DNA of 64,000 nt from an uncultured Acidimicrobiia bacterium (lineage in GTDB: Bacteria; Actinomycetota; Acidimicrobiia; Acidimicrobiales; AC-14): assembly GCA_963836205.1 (NCBI GenBank), contig CAWIIV010000015.1, positions 288,001 through 352,000 on the forward strand. Direction: 5' to 3'. Every line of letters begins with the position of its first letter. Position 1 is the stretch's first letter. Below the pieces are notes generated by a model. It was not told where the DNA came from. It ran no database searches and saw nothing but the letters and a program-made list of their open reading frames with translations. Of the stretch, positions 1-12,210 are shown one piece after another. Both the position numbers and the translations under genes were made by a program.

Positions 1-259
1 GGGCGAGTGCTTTCTGTAGCCGGACCCGGTGCTCGCCCATGATGGCCGCGACCTTGTCGTCGGGAAGCGCGTTCCGCTGGGAGAGGGAGGAGAACCACAC
101 CTTGGCGTGACGCATGTCGGGATCGACCCTCACCCCCGTCACCGTCACCAGCCCCAGGCGCTCGTCGCCGATCAGCTCCAACTCGTCGGCCACCACCTCC
201 TGCACCGCGTGGTTGACCCGGTCGAGGCGCCCCGGGCGACGCTTGCTCTGATCAGGCAT
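1..259 (-). CDS. rbfA: Ribosome-binding factor A (5' part; runs off the window edge)
   Basis: Manual translation from ATG 259: MPDQSKRRPGRLDRVNHAVQEVVADELERIGDERLGLVTVTGVRVDPDMRHAKVWFS; canonical position after infB-DUF503. Confidence 0.9.
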   Translation of the reverse strand, partial: MPDQSKRRPGRLDRVNHAVQEVVADELELIGDERLGLVTVTGVRVDPDMRHAKVWFSSLSQRNALPDDKVAAIMGEHRVRLQKALA

Positions 260-273
260 TGGGCTTGCTCTGG

Positions 274-567
274 TCAGGCACCGGTTGGCACCCACTCCGT
301 CTCGAACCGGCACACCTCGACGTCGGGCCGGCTCCACACCCACCGCTCCACCGACTCGACCACCTCCTGGGCGTGGCCCGCGGTGGCCGACACCACCGCC
401 ACTCCCACCTCGGCCCGCTGCCACTTGTCCTGGAAGTCGGTCTCGGCAACGGAGAGCGAGAACTTGTGGCGCAGCCCCTCCACGATCGGCTTGAGCACGG
501 CCCGCTTCTCCTTCAACGAGCGCGCCGAAGGGATGTGGAGCTCGATGCGTATGACTGCGACGTGCAT
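274..567 (-). CDS. DUF503 (YlxP) family protein
   Basis: MHVAVIRIELHIPSARSLKEKRAVLKPIVEGLRHKFSLSVAE; lies between infB and rbfA. Confidence 0.9.
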   Translation of the reverse strand: MHVAVIRIELHIPSARSLKEKRAVLKPIVEGLRHKFSLSVAETDFQDKWQRAEVGVAVVSATAGHAQEVVESVERWVWSRPDVEVCRFETEWVPTGA

Positions 568-572
568 GAGAA

Positions 573-4298
<3,726 letters not shown>

Positions 4299-4306
4299 GT
4301 GCTGTG

Positions 4307-4621
4307 TCAGGTCCTTTCTCCGGCCGGTGGCCGGTCCTGCTCCAACTTCTCTATCCTCCCACGCCTTGCCAGAGTGGTTCGAAGTGGCTCGATGGCAGAG
4401 CCACCCACCTCCGTCCGCAAGGCCCGGGAGAAGGCCCGCTTTCGTGCTGCGGCGTCGAGGCAATCGGCCGACCCGGCGCACAGCCACGCCCCCCGCCCGG
4501 GCAACGACCGTCCTTCCAGGAGCTGACCGCCGGGGCCCGCCACCACCCGTACCAGCTCGTCCGCCGGTGCCGTCCTGCGGCAGCCGATACACGTACGAAC
4601 AGGCGTCGCCCTCGCCGCTAT
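4307..4621 (-). CDS. ylxR: YlxR/RnpM (DUF448) RNA-binding protein; probable non-canonical ATA start
   Basis: PVRTCIGCR...GRGAWLC...AFSRAL; no in-frame ATG/GTG/TTG between the nusA stop and the conserved motif; ATA overlaps nusA TAG. Confidence 0.85.
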   Translation of the reverse strand: MAARATPVRTCIGCRRTAPADELVRVVAGPGGQLLEGRSLPGRGAWLCAGSADCLDAAARKRAFSRALRTEVGGSAIEPLRTTLARRGRIEKLEQDRPPAGERT

Positions 4622-5853
4622 TCCTCCCCTTCCTTCGTACTCGCCGGGGCCGTGCTCGTCTCGGGCACGCTCGCCTCCGCCAGGCTCACGTCCGGCGCGG
4701 TCGCCGCCACCGGCTCGGCGGCGTCCGACGACTCCGCTGACTCCGCCTCCGGTGCCTCCGACCACGCCTCCGCGGTCAGCGCCTCGCCGCCCTCGGCCGG
4801 CTGCCAAACCATCTCGCCGGCGTCGTTCGTCACCCATTCGCCCTCGGCCCAGTCCTCGTTGGCGTAGGCCGTCTCTTCCTCGATGAGCTGGGTCTCGCTC
4901 TTGATGTCGACCCGCCAGCCGGTGAGGCGGGCGGCCAAGCGGGCGTTCTGGCCCTCCTTGCCGATGGCCAGCGACAGCTGGTAGTCGGGCACGATGACCT
5001 CGGCGGTGCCGGTCTCCTCGTTGACCCGCACTTCCTTGACCCGGGCCGGCGACAGCGCCTTCATCACGAACTCGGACGGGTCCTCGGAGAAGGGGACGAT
5101 GTCGACCTTCTCCCCCCGCAGCTCGTTGACCACCATGCGCACGCGGGCCCCCCGGGCGCCGACGCAGGCCCCGACCGGGTCGACGTTGTGGTCGTTGGAC
5201 CACACCGCGATCTTGGTGCGGTGCCCGGGCTCACGGGCCACCGCCTTCAGCTCGACCACGCCGTCGCTGATCTCGGGGACCTCGAGCTCGAACAGGCGCT
5301 TGATGAGGCCGGGGTGGGTGCGGCTGACCACGATCTGGGGACCCTTGGTGGTCTTTCGCACCTCGACGATGTAGGCCTTCAGCCGGGCGCCATGCTCGTA
5401 ACGCTCGTAGGGCACCTGCTCCGCCTGGGGCAGCAGGGCCTCCACCCGACCGAGGTCGAGGAGGGTGTAGCGCTGGTCGTTCTGCTGGATGATCCCGGTG
5501 ACGATGTCGCCCTCGCGGCCGGCGTACTCCTCGTACTTCATCTCCCGCTCCACCTCGCGGATGCGCTGGAGGATGACCTGCTTGGCCGTCTGGGCCGCGA
5601 TGCGACCGAAGTCGTCGGGGGTGTCCTCCCATTCCCGGACGACGTTGCCGTCGTCGTCGAGCTCCTGGGCGTAGACGTGCATCTCCCCCGTGTCGGGGTC
5701 GATCGTGACGATCGCCTCCTCGGCCGCCTTGGGCATGCGCTTGTACGCCGAGACCAGGGCGTTGGCGAGCGCCTCGAGGAGCGTCTCCACCGAGACACCC
5801 TTCTCCCGCTCGATGACCTGGAGGGCTTCCATCAGCTCGAAGTTGGCCGTCAT
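4618..5853 (-). CDS. nusA: Transcription termination factor NusA
   Basis: [47 protein letters not shown]. Confidence 0.98.
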   Translation of the reverse strand: MTANFELMEALQVIEREKGVSVETLLEALANALVSAYKRMPKAAEEAIVTIDPDTGEMHVYAQELDDDGNVVREWEDTPDDFGRIAAQTAKQVILQRIREVEREMKYEEYAGREGDIVTGIIQQNDQRYTLLDLGRVEALLPQAEQVPYERYEHGARLKAYIVEVRKTTKGPQIVVSRTHPGLIKRLFELEVPEISDGVVELKAVAREPGHRTKIAVWSNDHNVDPVGACVGARGARVRMVVNELRGEKVDIVPFSEDPSEFVMKALSPARVKEVRVNEETGTAEVIVPDYQLSLAIGKEGQNARLAARLTGWRVDIKSETQLIEEETAYANEDWAEGEWVTNDAGEMVWQPAEGGEALTAEAWSEAPEAESAESSDAAEPVAATAPDVSLAEASVPETSTAPASTKEGEE

Positions 5854-6338
5854 GAGGCCACCTTCCGGGCCTTGGCCTGGGTGGGCTTGGCCGACGCCAC
5901 CGGCCAGACGAACCGGGTGCGGGCCCGCTCGATGTCGGCGTAGGCCAGGCGGCGGCCGGCCACGACCACCCCGTCGTCGTCGGCGGACTCCAGGGCCCCT
6001 TCGAACCGGCGCTCGCCGGCGGCACCGGGATGGGTGCGGCCCACGACCTCGCTGCCGACGAAGCGCCGGAAGTGGTCGGGCGTGCGCAGCGGCCGCTCGA
6101 TGCCGGGGCTGGAGACCTCGAGGGTGTAGGTGCCGGGGACGACGTCGTTCACGTCGAGCTCTCCCGAGACGACGGTGGTCGCCTGGCTGACGGCTTCGAT
6201 GTCGACGCCCTCGGGGCGATCGACGGTGACGCGCAGCTGCGCACCCTGGAAGACGACGTCGACGACCTCGAAGCCGACGGCCGCAAGAGGGGGCTCGACG
6301 AGCTCTCGCACGCGCGTCGTCACGTTCGGCTCAGCCAC
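5850..6338 (-). CDS. rimP: Ribosome maturation factor RimP
   Basis: YTLEVSSPGIERPL motif; directly upstream of nusA. Confidence 0.95.
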   Translation of the reverse strand: MAEPNVTTRVRELVEPPLAAVGFEVVDVVFQGAQLRVTVDRPEGVDIEAVSQATTVVSGELDVNDVVPGTYTLEVSSPGIERPLRTPDHFRRFVGSEVVGRTHPGAAGERRFEGALESADDDGVVVAGRRLAYADIERARTRFVWPVASAKPTQAKARKVAS

Positions 6339-6373
6339 CCCGTCACCCCTTTCCCTTCTCGTACCTGGCAGAC

Positions 6374-6442
6374 AAAAGCGTGGGCCACCTGCCCACGCTC
6401 GGTCACCACCTCGGAATAGACGAACTAGTCAGGTCGAGTATA
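6374..6442 (-). promoter_or_regulatory. rimP operon -10 box (TATACT) and leader attenuator hairpin
   Basis: Minus strand AGCGTGGGC-AGGTG-GCCCACGCT followed by TTT (6374-6400); TATACT at 6437-6442. Confidence 0.65.
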
Positions 6443-6526
6443 GACGGCCCTCACCGGAGGCCCGGTCGCGGCGCGCAGCCCCGAAATCGGCCCCCGCCAG
6501 GGTGGCCGTGGGCGACCATGGAGGCC

Positions 6527-7120
6527 ATGCGGGTCGACATCGTGGTCTTCGACGGGGTCGACGAGCTGGACGCCCTCGGCCCCCTGGAGGTCTTCCGCCG
6601 GGCGGGGAAGGCGGGCGGCGGCATCACGGTCCGCCTGGTGACACGAGTCGTCCAGGAGGTGGTGCGGGGCGCCCACGGGCTGGTCTTTTCCGCCGACGCC
6701 GTCTACCAGCCGGGCGCCGACATCCTGCTCGTGCCCGGGGGCGGGTGGTCGGGCCGCGCCGACGTGGGGGCGTGGGGCGAGGTACAGCGGGGCCACTGGC
6801 TGCCGCTGCTGGCCGAGGCCCGGGCCACCTCCGCCTGCCTGGCCGGGGTCTGCACCGGGACGATGCTGCTGGCCCACGCCGGCCTGGTGGAGGGTCGGCG
6901 GGCATCGACCCACCACCTGGCCCTCGACGACCTCCGGGCCGCGGGCGCAGTCGTGGTGGCCGAGCGGGTGGTCGACGACGGCGACCTGGTCACGTGCGGG
7001 GGTATCACCAGCGGCCTCGACCTGGCCCTGTGGCTGGTCGAGCGGGAGGTTTCGGCCGCCGTTGCCGACGAGGTGGCCGCGGGGATCGAGTACCGGCGGT
7101 ACCGCGTCGAGCCCCGTTAG
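6527..7120 (+). CDS. DJ-1/PfpI family protein
   Basis: DGVDELDALGPLEVF, LLVPGG, GVCTG, TCGGITSGLDLAL. Confidence 0.9.
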   Translation: MRVDIVVFDGVDELDALGPLEVFRRAGKAGGGITVRLVTRVVQEVVRGAHGLVFSADAVYQPGADILLVPGGGWSGRADVGAWGEVQRGHWLPLLAEARATSACLAGVCTGTMLLAHAGLVEGRRASTHHLALDDLRAAGAVVVAERVVDDGDLVTCGGITSGLDLALWLVEREVSAAVADEVAAGIEYRRYRVEPR

Positions 7121-7686
7121 CCGAGCACGCCCTGGGCCACCAGGAGAAGCCCGAAGACCACGAACGAGACCGCGGCGCCGATCTTGATCGCCCGCTGCGG
7201 GAGGCGCCGCCCGAGCTGGCCCCCGACCACGATCGCCAGGCCGTCGGCCGCGACCATGCCGAGGGTCGACCCGGCCCACGTGCCTACCACCCCCTCGGTG
7301 GTGGCGAGGGTGACAGTGGCGAGCATGGTCTTGTCGCCCAACTCGGCCAGGAAGAAGGCCACGGCCGCTGCCACCACGGCCGAGCGCGCCGATCGCGCCG
7401 CCCTCGACTCGTCGGCCTCGTCGAGCCGGTCGCCCCGAACGGTCCAGGCGGCGAAGCCCAGGAAGGCGAGGCCGGCGACCACGTTGATCGGCCTCGTCGG
7501 CAGGGCCGCGCCGAGGAGGGCCCCGGCCAGCACCGAGAAGGCGTGGACCACCGCGGTGGCGACGGTGATGCCGACGAGGATCGGCGCCGGTGGGTACCGG
7601 GCGGCGAAGGCGAGGGCCATAAGCTGGCTCTTGTCGCCCAACTCGGCCACGAAGATGATCCCGAAGCTGACGAGGAAGGCGTGCAC
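7117..7686 (-). CDS. TMEM165/GDT1 (UPF0016) family Mn2+/Ca2+ exporter
   Basis: Two AELGDK(S/T) signature motifs and hydrophobic helices. Confidence 0.93.
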   Translation of the reverse strand: MHAFLVSFGIIFVAELGDKSQLMALAFAARYPPAPILVGITVATAVVHAFSVLAGALLGAALPTRPINVVAGLAFLGFAAWTVRGDRLDEADESRAARSARSAVVAAAVAFFLAELGDKTMLATVTLATTEGVVGTWAGSTLGMVAADGLAIVVGGQLGRRLPQRAIKIGAAVSFVVFGLLLVAQGVLG

Positions 7687-7708
7687 GCAGGCGCCAGTCT
7701 CGCCGCCA

Positions 7709-7885
7709 CCGCCCGAACTGGTGACGGATCTGGTCGCCAGGACCACCGAAAACGTCACCGGTTGGTGGCGCCGCCCGAACTGGTGACGGGTCTGGTCGCC
7801 AGGACCACCGAAAACGTCACCGGTTGGTGGCGCCGCCCGAACCGGTGACGGATCTGGTCGCCAGGACCACCGAAAACGTCACCGG
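7709..7885. repeat. Three tandem 62-bp units, each containing a REP-like palindrome
   Basis: CCGCCCGAACTGGTGACGGATCTGGTCGCCAGGACCACCGAAAACGTCACCGGTTGGTGGCG begins at 7709, 7771 and 7833 (third copy truncated). Confidence 0.95.
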
Positions 7886-7895
7886 CGGCGGGCGG

Positions 7896-8459
7896 CTACT
7901 TGTGGCCGGGGAAGACGTCGGTCTCGGATTCGTGCCAGACGGGGTGGTCGCCCGAGGTCTCGACGTTGAAGCCGTAGTCGTAGGCGAGCCCCCCGCCGAT
8001 GGTGCCCCCGAGCATGGTGAGCAGGGCAGCCAGCAGGCTGAGGGTGAGCACGGCCACGCCGGTGTGGGTGTCGGCGTCGTAGACCAGCCAGCGCAGGGCG
8101 ACGTCGACCAGCACGAGCACCGTCACTGCGATCATGGTCCAGGCGTGGGCGTTCACCGTCCGCCGGGCCTGCGTGCCCTTCTTGGTGGACTTCAGCCAGT
8201 CCCAGTAACCGGTGAGGGCGGCCAGAAGCGACACCGCGGCCCCGCCGATCATGGTGAACGTGCCCGCCCGGTAGAAGTCGCGGGCCCATTCCTGGTCCTG
8301 GCCGACGAACGAGATCACGTCGAAGGCGGCCACCAGCATGTAGGCGCCGATCGGGATGTCGGTGAGCGGCGGGTGGAGGGGCTTGCCCGCCCACCCCCGC
8401 AGGCCCTTGAACTTCCGGCCCTTGAACGTGAGCGAGGGGCGGAACGACAGCTTCCTCAT
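7896..8459 (-). CDS. DUF2231 family membrane protein
   Basis: KPLHPPLTDIPIG, LTGYWDW, GGGLAYDYG; four TM segments. Confidence 0.85.
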   Translation of the reverse strand: MRKLSFRPSLTFKGRKFKGLRGWAGKPLHPPLTDIPIGAYMLVAAFDVISFVGQDQEWARDFYRAGTFTMIGGAAVSLLAALTGYWDWLKSTKKGTQARRTVNAHAWTMIAVTVLVLVDVALRWLVYDADTHTGVAVLTLSLLAALLTMLGGTIGGGLAYDYGFNVETSGDHPVWHESETDVFPGHK

Positions 8460-9178
8460 GGTCGTCTCCTTGTCGGGCCTGCGGTTTTGGAGCGAGTGGC
8501 GCCGAGCCGCACGCAACAGCTCTGCTCGTCGGGCTGGAGTCGGGCGGTGTACGGGCGTCCGGGAAGGGCCCGGGCGAAGCCGTCGAGCAGGGCCAGGTTC
8601 ATGCCGCACACCAACGGCCGGTGGTCGACCACCAGGGCGTGGAACGGGCAGTTGGCCAGGGCGACCTCCCCGCCGTCGGCGACCGGCTCGTAGCCATTGT
8701 CGGCCAGCACGCCGATGACGTCGAGGGCGTCGCCGTCAGCACCCGTCGCCGAGGCCTCGGTGGCCAGCGCCGCCCCCCGGGCCCGCGCCAGGCGGACGAG
8801 GGCGGCGTCGACCGCCTCCCCCGTGGCTGTCGACTCGTGCACCGCGGCGGCAAGCAGCGACGCGGCCAGGTCGTAGTGCCGCGGCGGAAGGCTGACGGCG
8901 ACGTCAGCGTCTGCTCGCCGGTAGAGCTTCGTCGGACGTCCCCCGCCCCGCCCCGGTCGGCTCCCGAGGCGGCGGAACTCGACGTCGAGCAGCCTGTCGT
9001 CGACGAGCCGGTCGAGGTGGAAGGCGGCTGCGGCCCGGGTCACGCCGGTGGCCTCGGCCGCCTCCGCCCGGCTGACGGCCCGGTGCTGCCCGGCCACGAA
9101 CCGGTAGAGGGACCGGCGGAGGCGGTCGCCCAGGGCGGCCACCGCCGCCAGCCGGTCGTCGCCGTCTCGCTCGCCCAC
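8456..9178 (-). CDS. ArsR-like/SufR-type HTH transcriptional regulator with Cys-containing C-domain
   Basis: AAAFHLDRLV, GRPTKLY, PPRHYDLA, NCPFH...VCGMN...CC; TACGAT 6 nt before the GTG start. Confidence 0.88.
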   Translation of the reverse strand: MGERDGDDRLAAVAALGDRLRRSLYRFVAGQHRAVSRAEAAEATGVTRAAAAFHLDRLVDDRLLDVEFRRLGSRPGRGGGRPTKLYRRADADVAVSLPPRHYDLAASLLAAAVHESTATGEAVDAALVRLARARGAALATEASATGADGDALDVIGVLADNGYEPVADGGEVALANCPFHALVVDHRPLVCGMNLALLDGFARALPGRPYTARLQPDEQSCCVRLGATRSKTAGPTRRRP

Positions 9179-9233
9179 GGGCGCATCGTATCGTCTAAAG
9201 TCGAGAGTTACATGCGTTAGAAGGAGACCACGA

Positions 9234-9413
9234 GTGAGCGCACCGGCGATCCCGATCACGCCCTCCGGCCACGATGGCCTCGACGTCCACCAGGCCGAGC
9301 GGGCGGTGCGTGACCTGTTGGTCGCCCTCGGCCAGGACCCGTCCTCCGAGCTCCTGCGCGACGACGCCCGCTCCCGGGCCGAGTTCCTCGCCCTCGCCGG
9401 GAATCGCTCCTGA
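9234..9413 (+). pseudogene. folE: GTP cyclohydrolase I remnant with in-frame internal deletion (59 aa)
   Basis: AAGGAG RBS; FolE N-terminus (AERAVRDLLVALGQDPSSE) joined directly to FolE C-terminus (LLRDDARSRAEFLALA). Confidence 0.8.
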
Positions 9414-9421
9414 CCAGGGGC

Positions 9422-9449
9422 TCAAGTTTTTCGCGCCTCCCACCGACAA
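9422..9449 (+). promoter_or_regulatory. Putative WhiG/sigma28-type promoter of the ECF sigma gene
   Basis: TCAA-N16-ACCGACAA versus TAAA-N16-GCCGATAA; 7 nt before GTG 9457. Confidence 0.5.
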
Positions 9450-9456
9450 CCGGGGC

Positions 9457-10020
9457 GTGGCGCTGGATCAGGCTTTCGATCGGATCCTCTCGGCGGCCCG
9501 CAACGACGCCGGGTGGGCATACGACAGGCTCTACCGCGACCTGGCCCCGTCGGTGTGCGGGTACTTCCGGGTGCAGGGAGCACGGGACCCTGAGGACCTC
9601 ACCAACGAGGTCTTCCTGGGCGCCTTCCGGGGCCTGACCGGCTTCTCCGGGGGCGAGGACCAGTTTCGTTCGTGGGTGTTCACCATCGCCCACCGCCGGC
9701 TCACCGACGATCGGCGGCAGGCCGCCATCCGTCCGCCGCTGGCCGGCTTCCACGACGACGACCGTGACGAGGACGACCTCTACGGTGGCGACGCCGAGGA
9801 GGACGCTCTCCGGCGGATGAGCGCGGCGCGGGTGCGAACCCTGTGCGACACGCTCTCCCACGACCAGCGGGACGTGCTTCTCCTCCGCCTGGTGTCGGAC
9901 ATGACCGTCGACGCCGTCGCCGTCGCCCTCGACAAGACGCCGGGCGCGGTCAAGGCCCTGCAGCGGAGGGCGCTCACCGCCCTGCGCCAGAACCTGGTGC
10001 GGGAGGGCGTACCCATCTGA
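9457..10020 (+). CDS. ECF sigma-70 factor
   Basis: PEDLTNEVFLGAF, FRSWVFTIAHRR (region 2); DQRDVLLLR...GAVKALQRRAL (region 4). Confidence 0.93.
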   Translation: MALDQAFDRILSAARNDAGWAYDRLYRDLAPSVCGYFRVQGARDPEDLTNEVFLGAFRGLTGFSGGEDQFRSWVFTIAHRRLTDDRRQAAIRPPLAGFHDDDRDEDDLYGGDAEEDALRRMSAARVRTLCDTLSHDQRDVLLLRLVSDMTVDAVAVALDKTPGAVKALQRRALTALRQNLVREGVPI

Positions 10021-10046
10021 GCCATCCCGACGATCACCACGACGAG

Positions 10047-11366
10047 ATGCCCGACGACCTCATCCCGGATGATCTGGACGACCTTCCCTGGTTGGTCCCG
10101 TTCGTCCAGGACGTGCGCTTCGCCAGCAGTGGGCCGGTCCCCAGACCGAACCCGCAGCTGGCCGCCATCTTCGAGACGTCGGGTCTCTCCAACGACAAAG
10201 GCGACCTGCTGGCGACAGCAGCAAGCAACGTCCACGGGCCTGCGCCGCAGGCGGCCGGACTACCGAACTGGAGAAAGGAAACCTCAATGCCCCTTACGTT
10301 TCTCTCGGCGATGATCGCCAAGATCACCGGAGCAGGAGCAGCGGCCAAGGCCGCAGTCGCGACTGTTACCGCATTCGCAACCATGACCGTCGCCGGCGCC
10401 GCCGCCGGCGTCCTGCCCGAACCCATCCAGGGTGCCGTCGGCGGGGCCATCAACGCCATCAGCCCGCTGAACGTGCCCACCGGAGACCCGGCCGACACCG
10501 TCAGCGCGGCCACCGACCTGGTGAACGGCGTCGTCGGGTCCGTCCCGTCGCTGCCCGGCGCGTCCGGGGACCTGCCGGTCTCGGCCGACGCCACCGTGGG
10601 GACGCCCGCCGGCACCGTGTCGGTCGGAACGTCGGGCATCACCCTGCCCTCCATCCCCGACGTCACCATCCCCGACATCCCCACCCTCCCCAACCTGCCC
10701 GACCTCTCCAACATCCCGCTCCCCGCCCTTCCCGACGTCGGCCCGATCATCGACAACCTGCCGGTGCAGCTGCCGGCCTGCGTGAAGAGCCTGCTCCCGA
10801 CGTCCGGGGCGCTTCCCAACCCGACCGCCCTCGTGGCCCAGATCCCGACCTGCATCCAGACCGTGCTGGCCACCACCAACCTGCCGGTGAACGTGGCCGG
10901 CTGCGTGGCCTCGGTGCTGGGCACGGTGTCCGGCGTGCTGAACCCGGCCGGCCTCGGTAGCCTGCCCCAGCTCGACATCTCGGACTGCGCGCCGCTCGAC
11001 GTCAGCCACTGCACGACCAACGTGCTGGCCGCCACCGGCGTGTCCAATGTGCCCTTCGTGGGCGATCTGATGGAGTCGGTCTACGGCAGCTTCGGCAACT
11101 CGGTCGGAGGCGGCTTCAGCTTCCTCGGCATCAGCTTCAACTTCAACGTGCCGGGCCTGAACGCCATCCCCGCCGGATGCGTCCCGATCGACATCTCCCA
11201 GTGCCTCACCTCGGTGACCGGCAGCCTGGGTACCCTCCCGTCGACCGGCGCCGTGCCCCAGGTCGACCTGTCGGCCTGCATGCCGACCGGCCTCACCTCC
11301 GGCATCCCGGGTGTGGGTGGCGGAATCCCCGGCCTGAGCGGGATCCCCTTCTTCCCCTTCACGTAG
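10047..11366 (+). CDS. Putative anti-sigma-like membrane/secreted protein with Cys-containing repeats; internal start at 10287
   Basis: Directly follows the ECF gene; short N-domain, Ala-rich hydrophobic stretch (AAAGVLP), Pro/Leu-rich C-terminus; GAAAGGA RBS before ATG 10287. Confidence 0.7.
   Translation: MPDDLIPDDLDDLPWLVPFVQDVRFASSGPVPRPNPQLAAIFETSGLSNDKGDLLATAASNVHGPAPQAAGLPNWRKETSMPLTFLSAMIAKITGAGAAAKAAVATVTAFATMTVAGAAAGVLPEPIQGAVGGAINAISPLNVPTGDPADTVSAATDLVNGVVGSVPSLPGASGDLPVSADATVGTPAGTVSVGTSGITLPSIPDVTIPDIPTLPNLPDLSNIPLPALPDVGPIIDNLPVQLPACVKSLLPTSGALPNPTALVAQIPTCIQTVLATTNLPVNVAGCVASVLGTVSGVLNPAGLGSLPQLDISDCAPLDVSHCTTNVLAATGVSNVPFVGDLMESVYGSFGNSVGGGFSFLGISFNFNVPGLNAIPAGCVPIDISQCLTSVTGSLGTLPSTGAVPQVDLSACMPTGLTSGIPGVGGGIPGLSGIPFFPFT
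10195..10268 (+). ncRNA. c-di-GMP-I (GEMM)-like riboswitch variant embedded in the CDS
   Basis: AAAGGCGAC-CTGCTG(GCGA)CAGCAG-CAAGCAACG-TCCACGGGCCT...AGGCGGCCGGACTACCGA aligns by eye with GEMM-I, including the GNRA-capped P2 and G20/A47/C92 equivalents. Confidence 0.7.
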
Positions 11367-11386
11367 CCCAACCTTCAAGCGGCGCT

Positions 11387-11429
11387 CGAGGTCCCGCAGC
11401 CGGCCCCACGGTCCGGCGGCGGGACCTCG
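11387..11429. terminator. GC-rich hairpin between convergent genes
   Basis: CGAGGTCCCGC ... GCGGGACCTCG perfect 11-bp arms. Confidence 0.6.
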
Positions 11430-11448
11430 CCGCGTCCTGGGTCGGCCG

Positions 11449-12210
11449 TCAGGCCCGGGTCGCCACCATGGTGAGGCGGACGTAGTCGAGCGAGCAGGCG
11501 GGGAGGAGGGTGGTCACCCCGTCGAGGAGGGGCCGGCGTCGGGCCTCGGGGACGCGGTCGAGGTGCATGCGCAGGACCACCGTGGCCAGGAACGTCCGGA
11601 GGGCGTCGGTGCTCTCGAACGGCGTGGGCTCGTCGTGCAGCCAGGCGTCGGTGTCGACGAAGCCGGCCGCCTCCAGCCGGCGGACGGTCTCGGCAGGCGT
11701 GGCGAACAGCCACGGGAAGGGTTCGGACTGGCCCAGGGCCCGGAGGGCGTCGACGACGGTGGCGATGTTGCCGGCGCCGCCACATTGGGCCACCAGCCGG
11801 CCGCCGGGGCGGAGGACCGCGGCCAGGTGGGTGAACAGGCGGTCGTGGTCGAGGACCCAGTGGAAGGCGGCGGTGGAGACGACGGCGTCAACGGGCACAG
11901 CCACGGGCAACGGCTGGGCCAGGTCGGCCTCCACCAGCTCGACCCGGTCGCCGAACCGGGCCAGGCGGGCGCCGGCCTCCGCCAGCATCGACGGGGCCGC
12001 GTCGAGGGCGACCACCGTGACCCCCGGGAAACGGTCGAGCAGCTCCTCGGTGACGCGGCCGCTGCCGCAACCGGCGTCGAGCACCCGTTCGCCGCCCACG
12101 AGCTGGAGCCGGTCGAGCACCGCGCTCCCCCACCGGGCCTGGGGGTGGGCGATGCGGTCGTAGGTGGCGCCGTCCCAGTCGCCCGGCGGGCCCGGTTCCT
12201 GCGCCGTCAC
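11449..12210 (-). CDS. Class I SAM-dependent methyltransferase (trans-aconitate methyltransferase-like)
   Basis: VLDAGCGSG, VVSTAAFHWV, LDYVRL. Confidence 0.88.
   Translation of the reverse strand: MTAQEPGPPGDWDGATYDRIAHPQARWGSAVLDRLQLVGGERVLDAGCGSGRVTEELLDRFPGVTVVALDAAPSMLAEAGARLARFGDRVELVEADLAQPLPVAVPVDAVVSTAAFHWVLDHDRLFTHLAAVLRPGGRLVAQCGGAGNIATVVDALRALGQSEPFPWLFATPAETVRRLEAAGFVDTDAWLHDEPTPFESTDALRTFLATVVLRMHLDRVPEARRRPLLDGVTTLLPACSLDYVRLTMVATRA

Noticed and set aside
7709-7885. CRISPR array
   Set aside because: Units are near-identical over their whole length, with no unique spacers and no cas operon
7687-7895. yybP-ykoY Mn2+ riboswitch upstream of the UPF0016 exporter
   Set aside because: Expected from gene context, but I could not see the motif; the space is filled by the palindromic repeats
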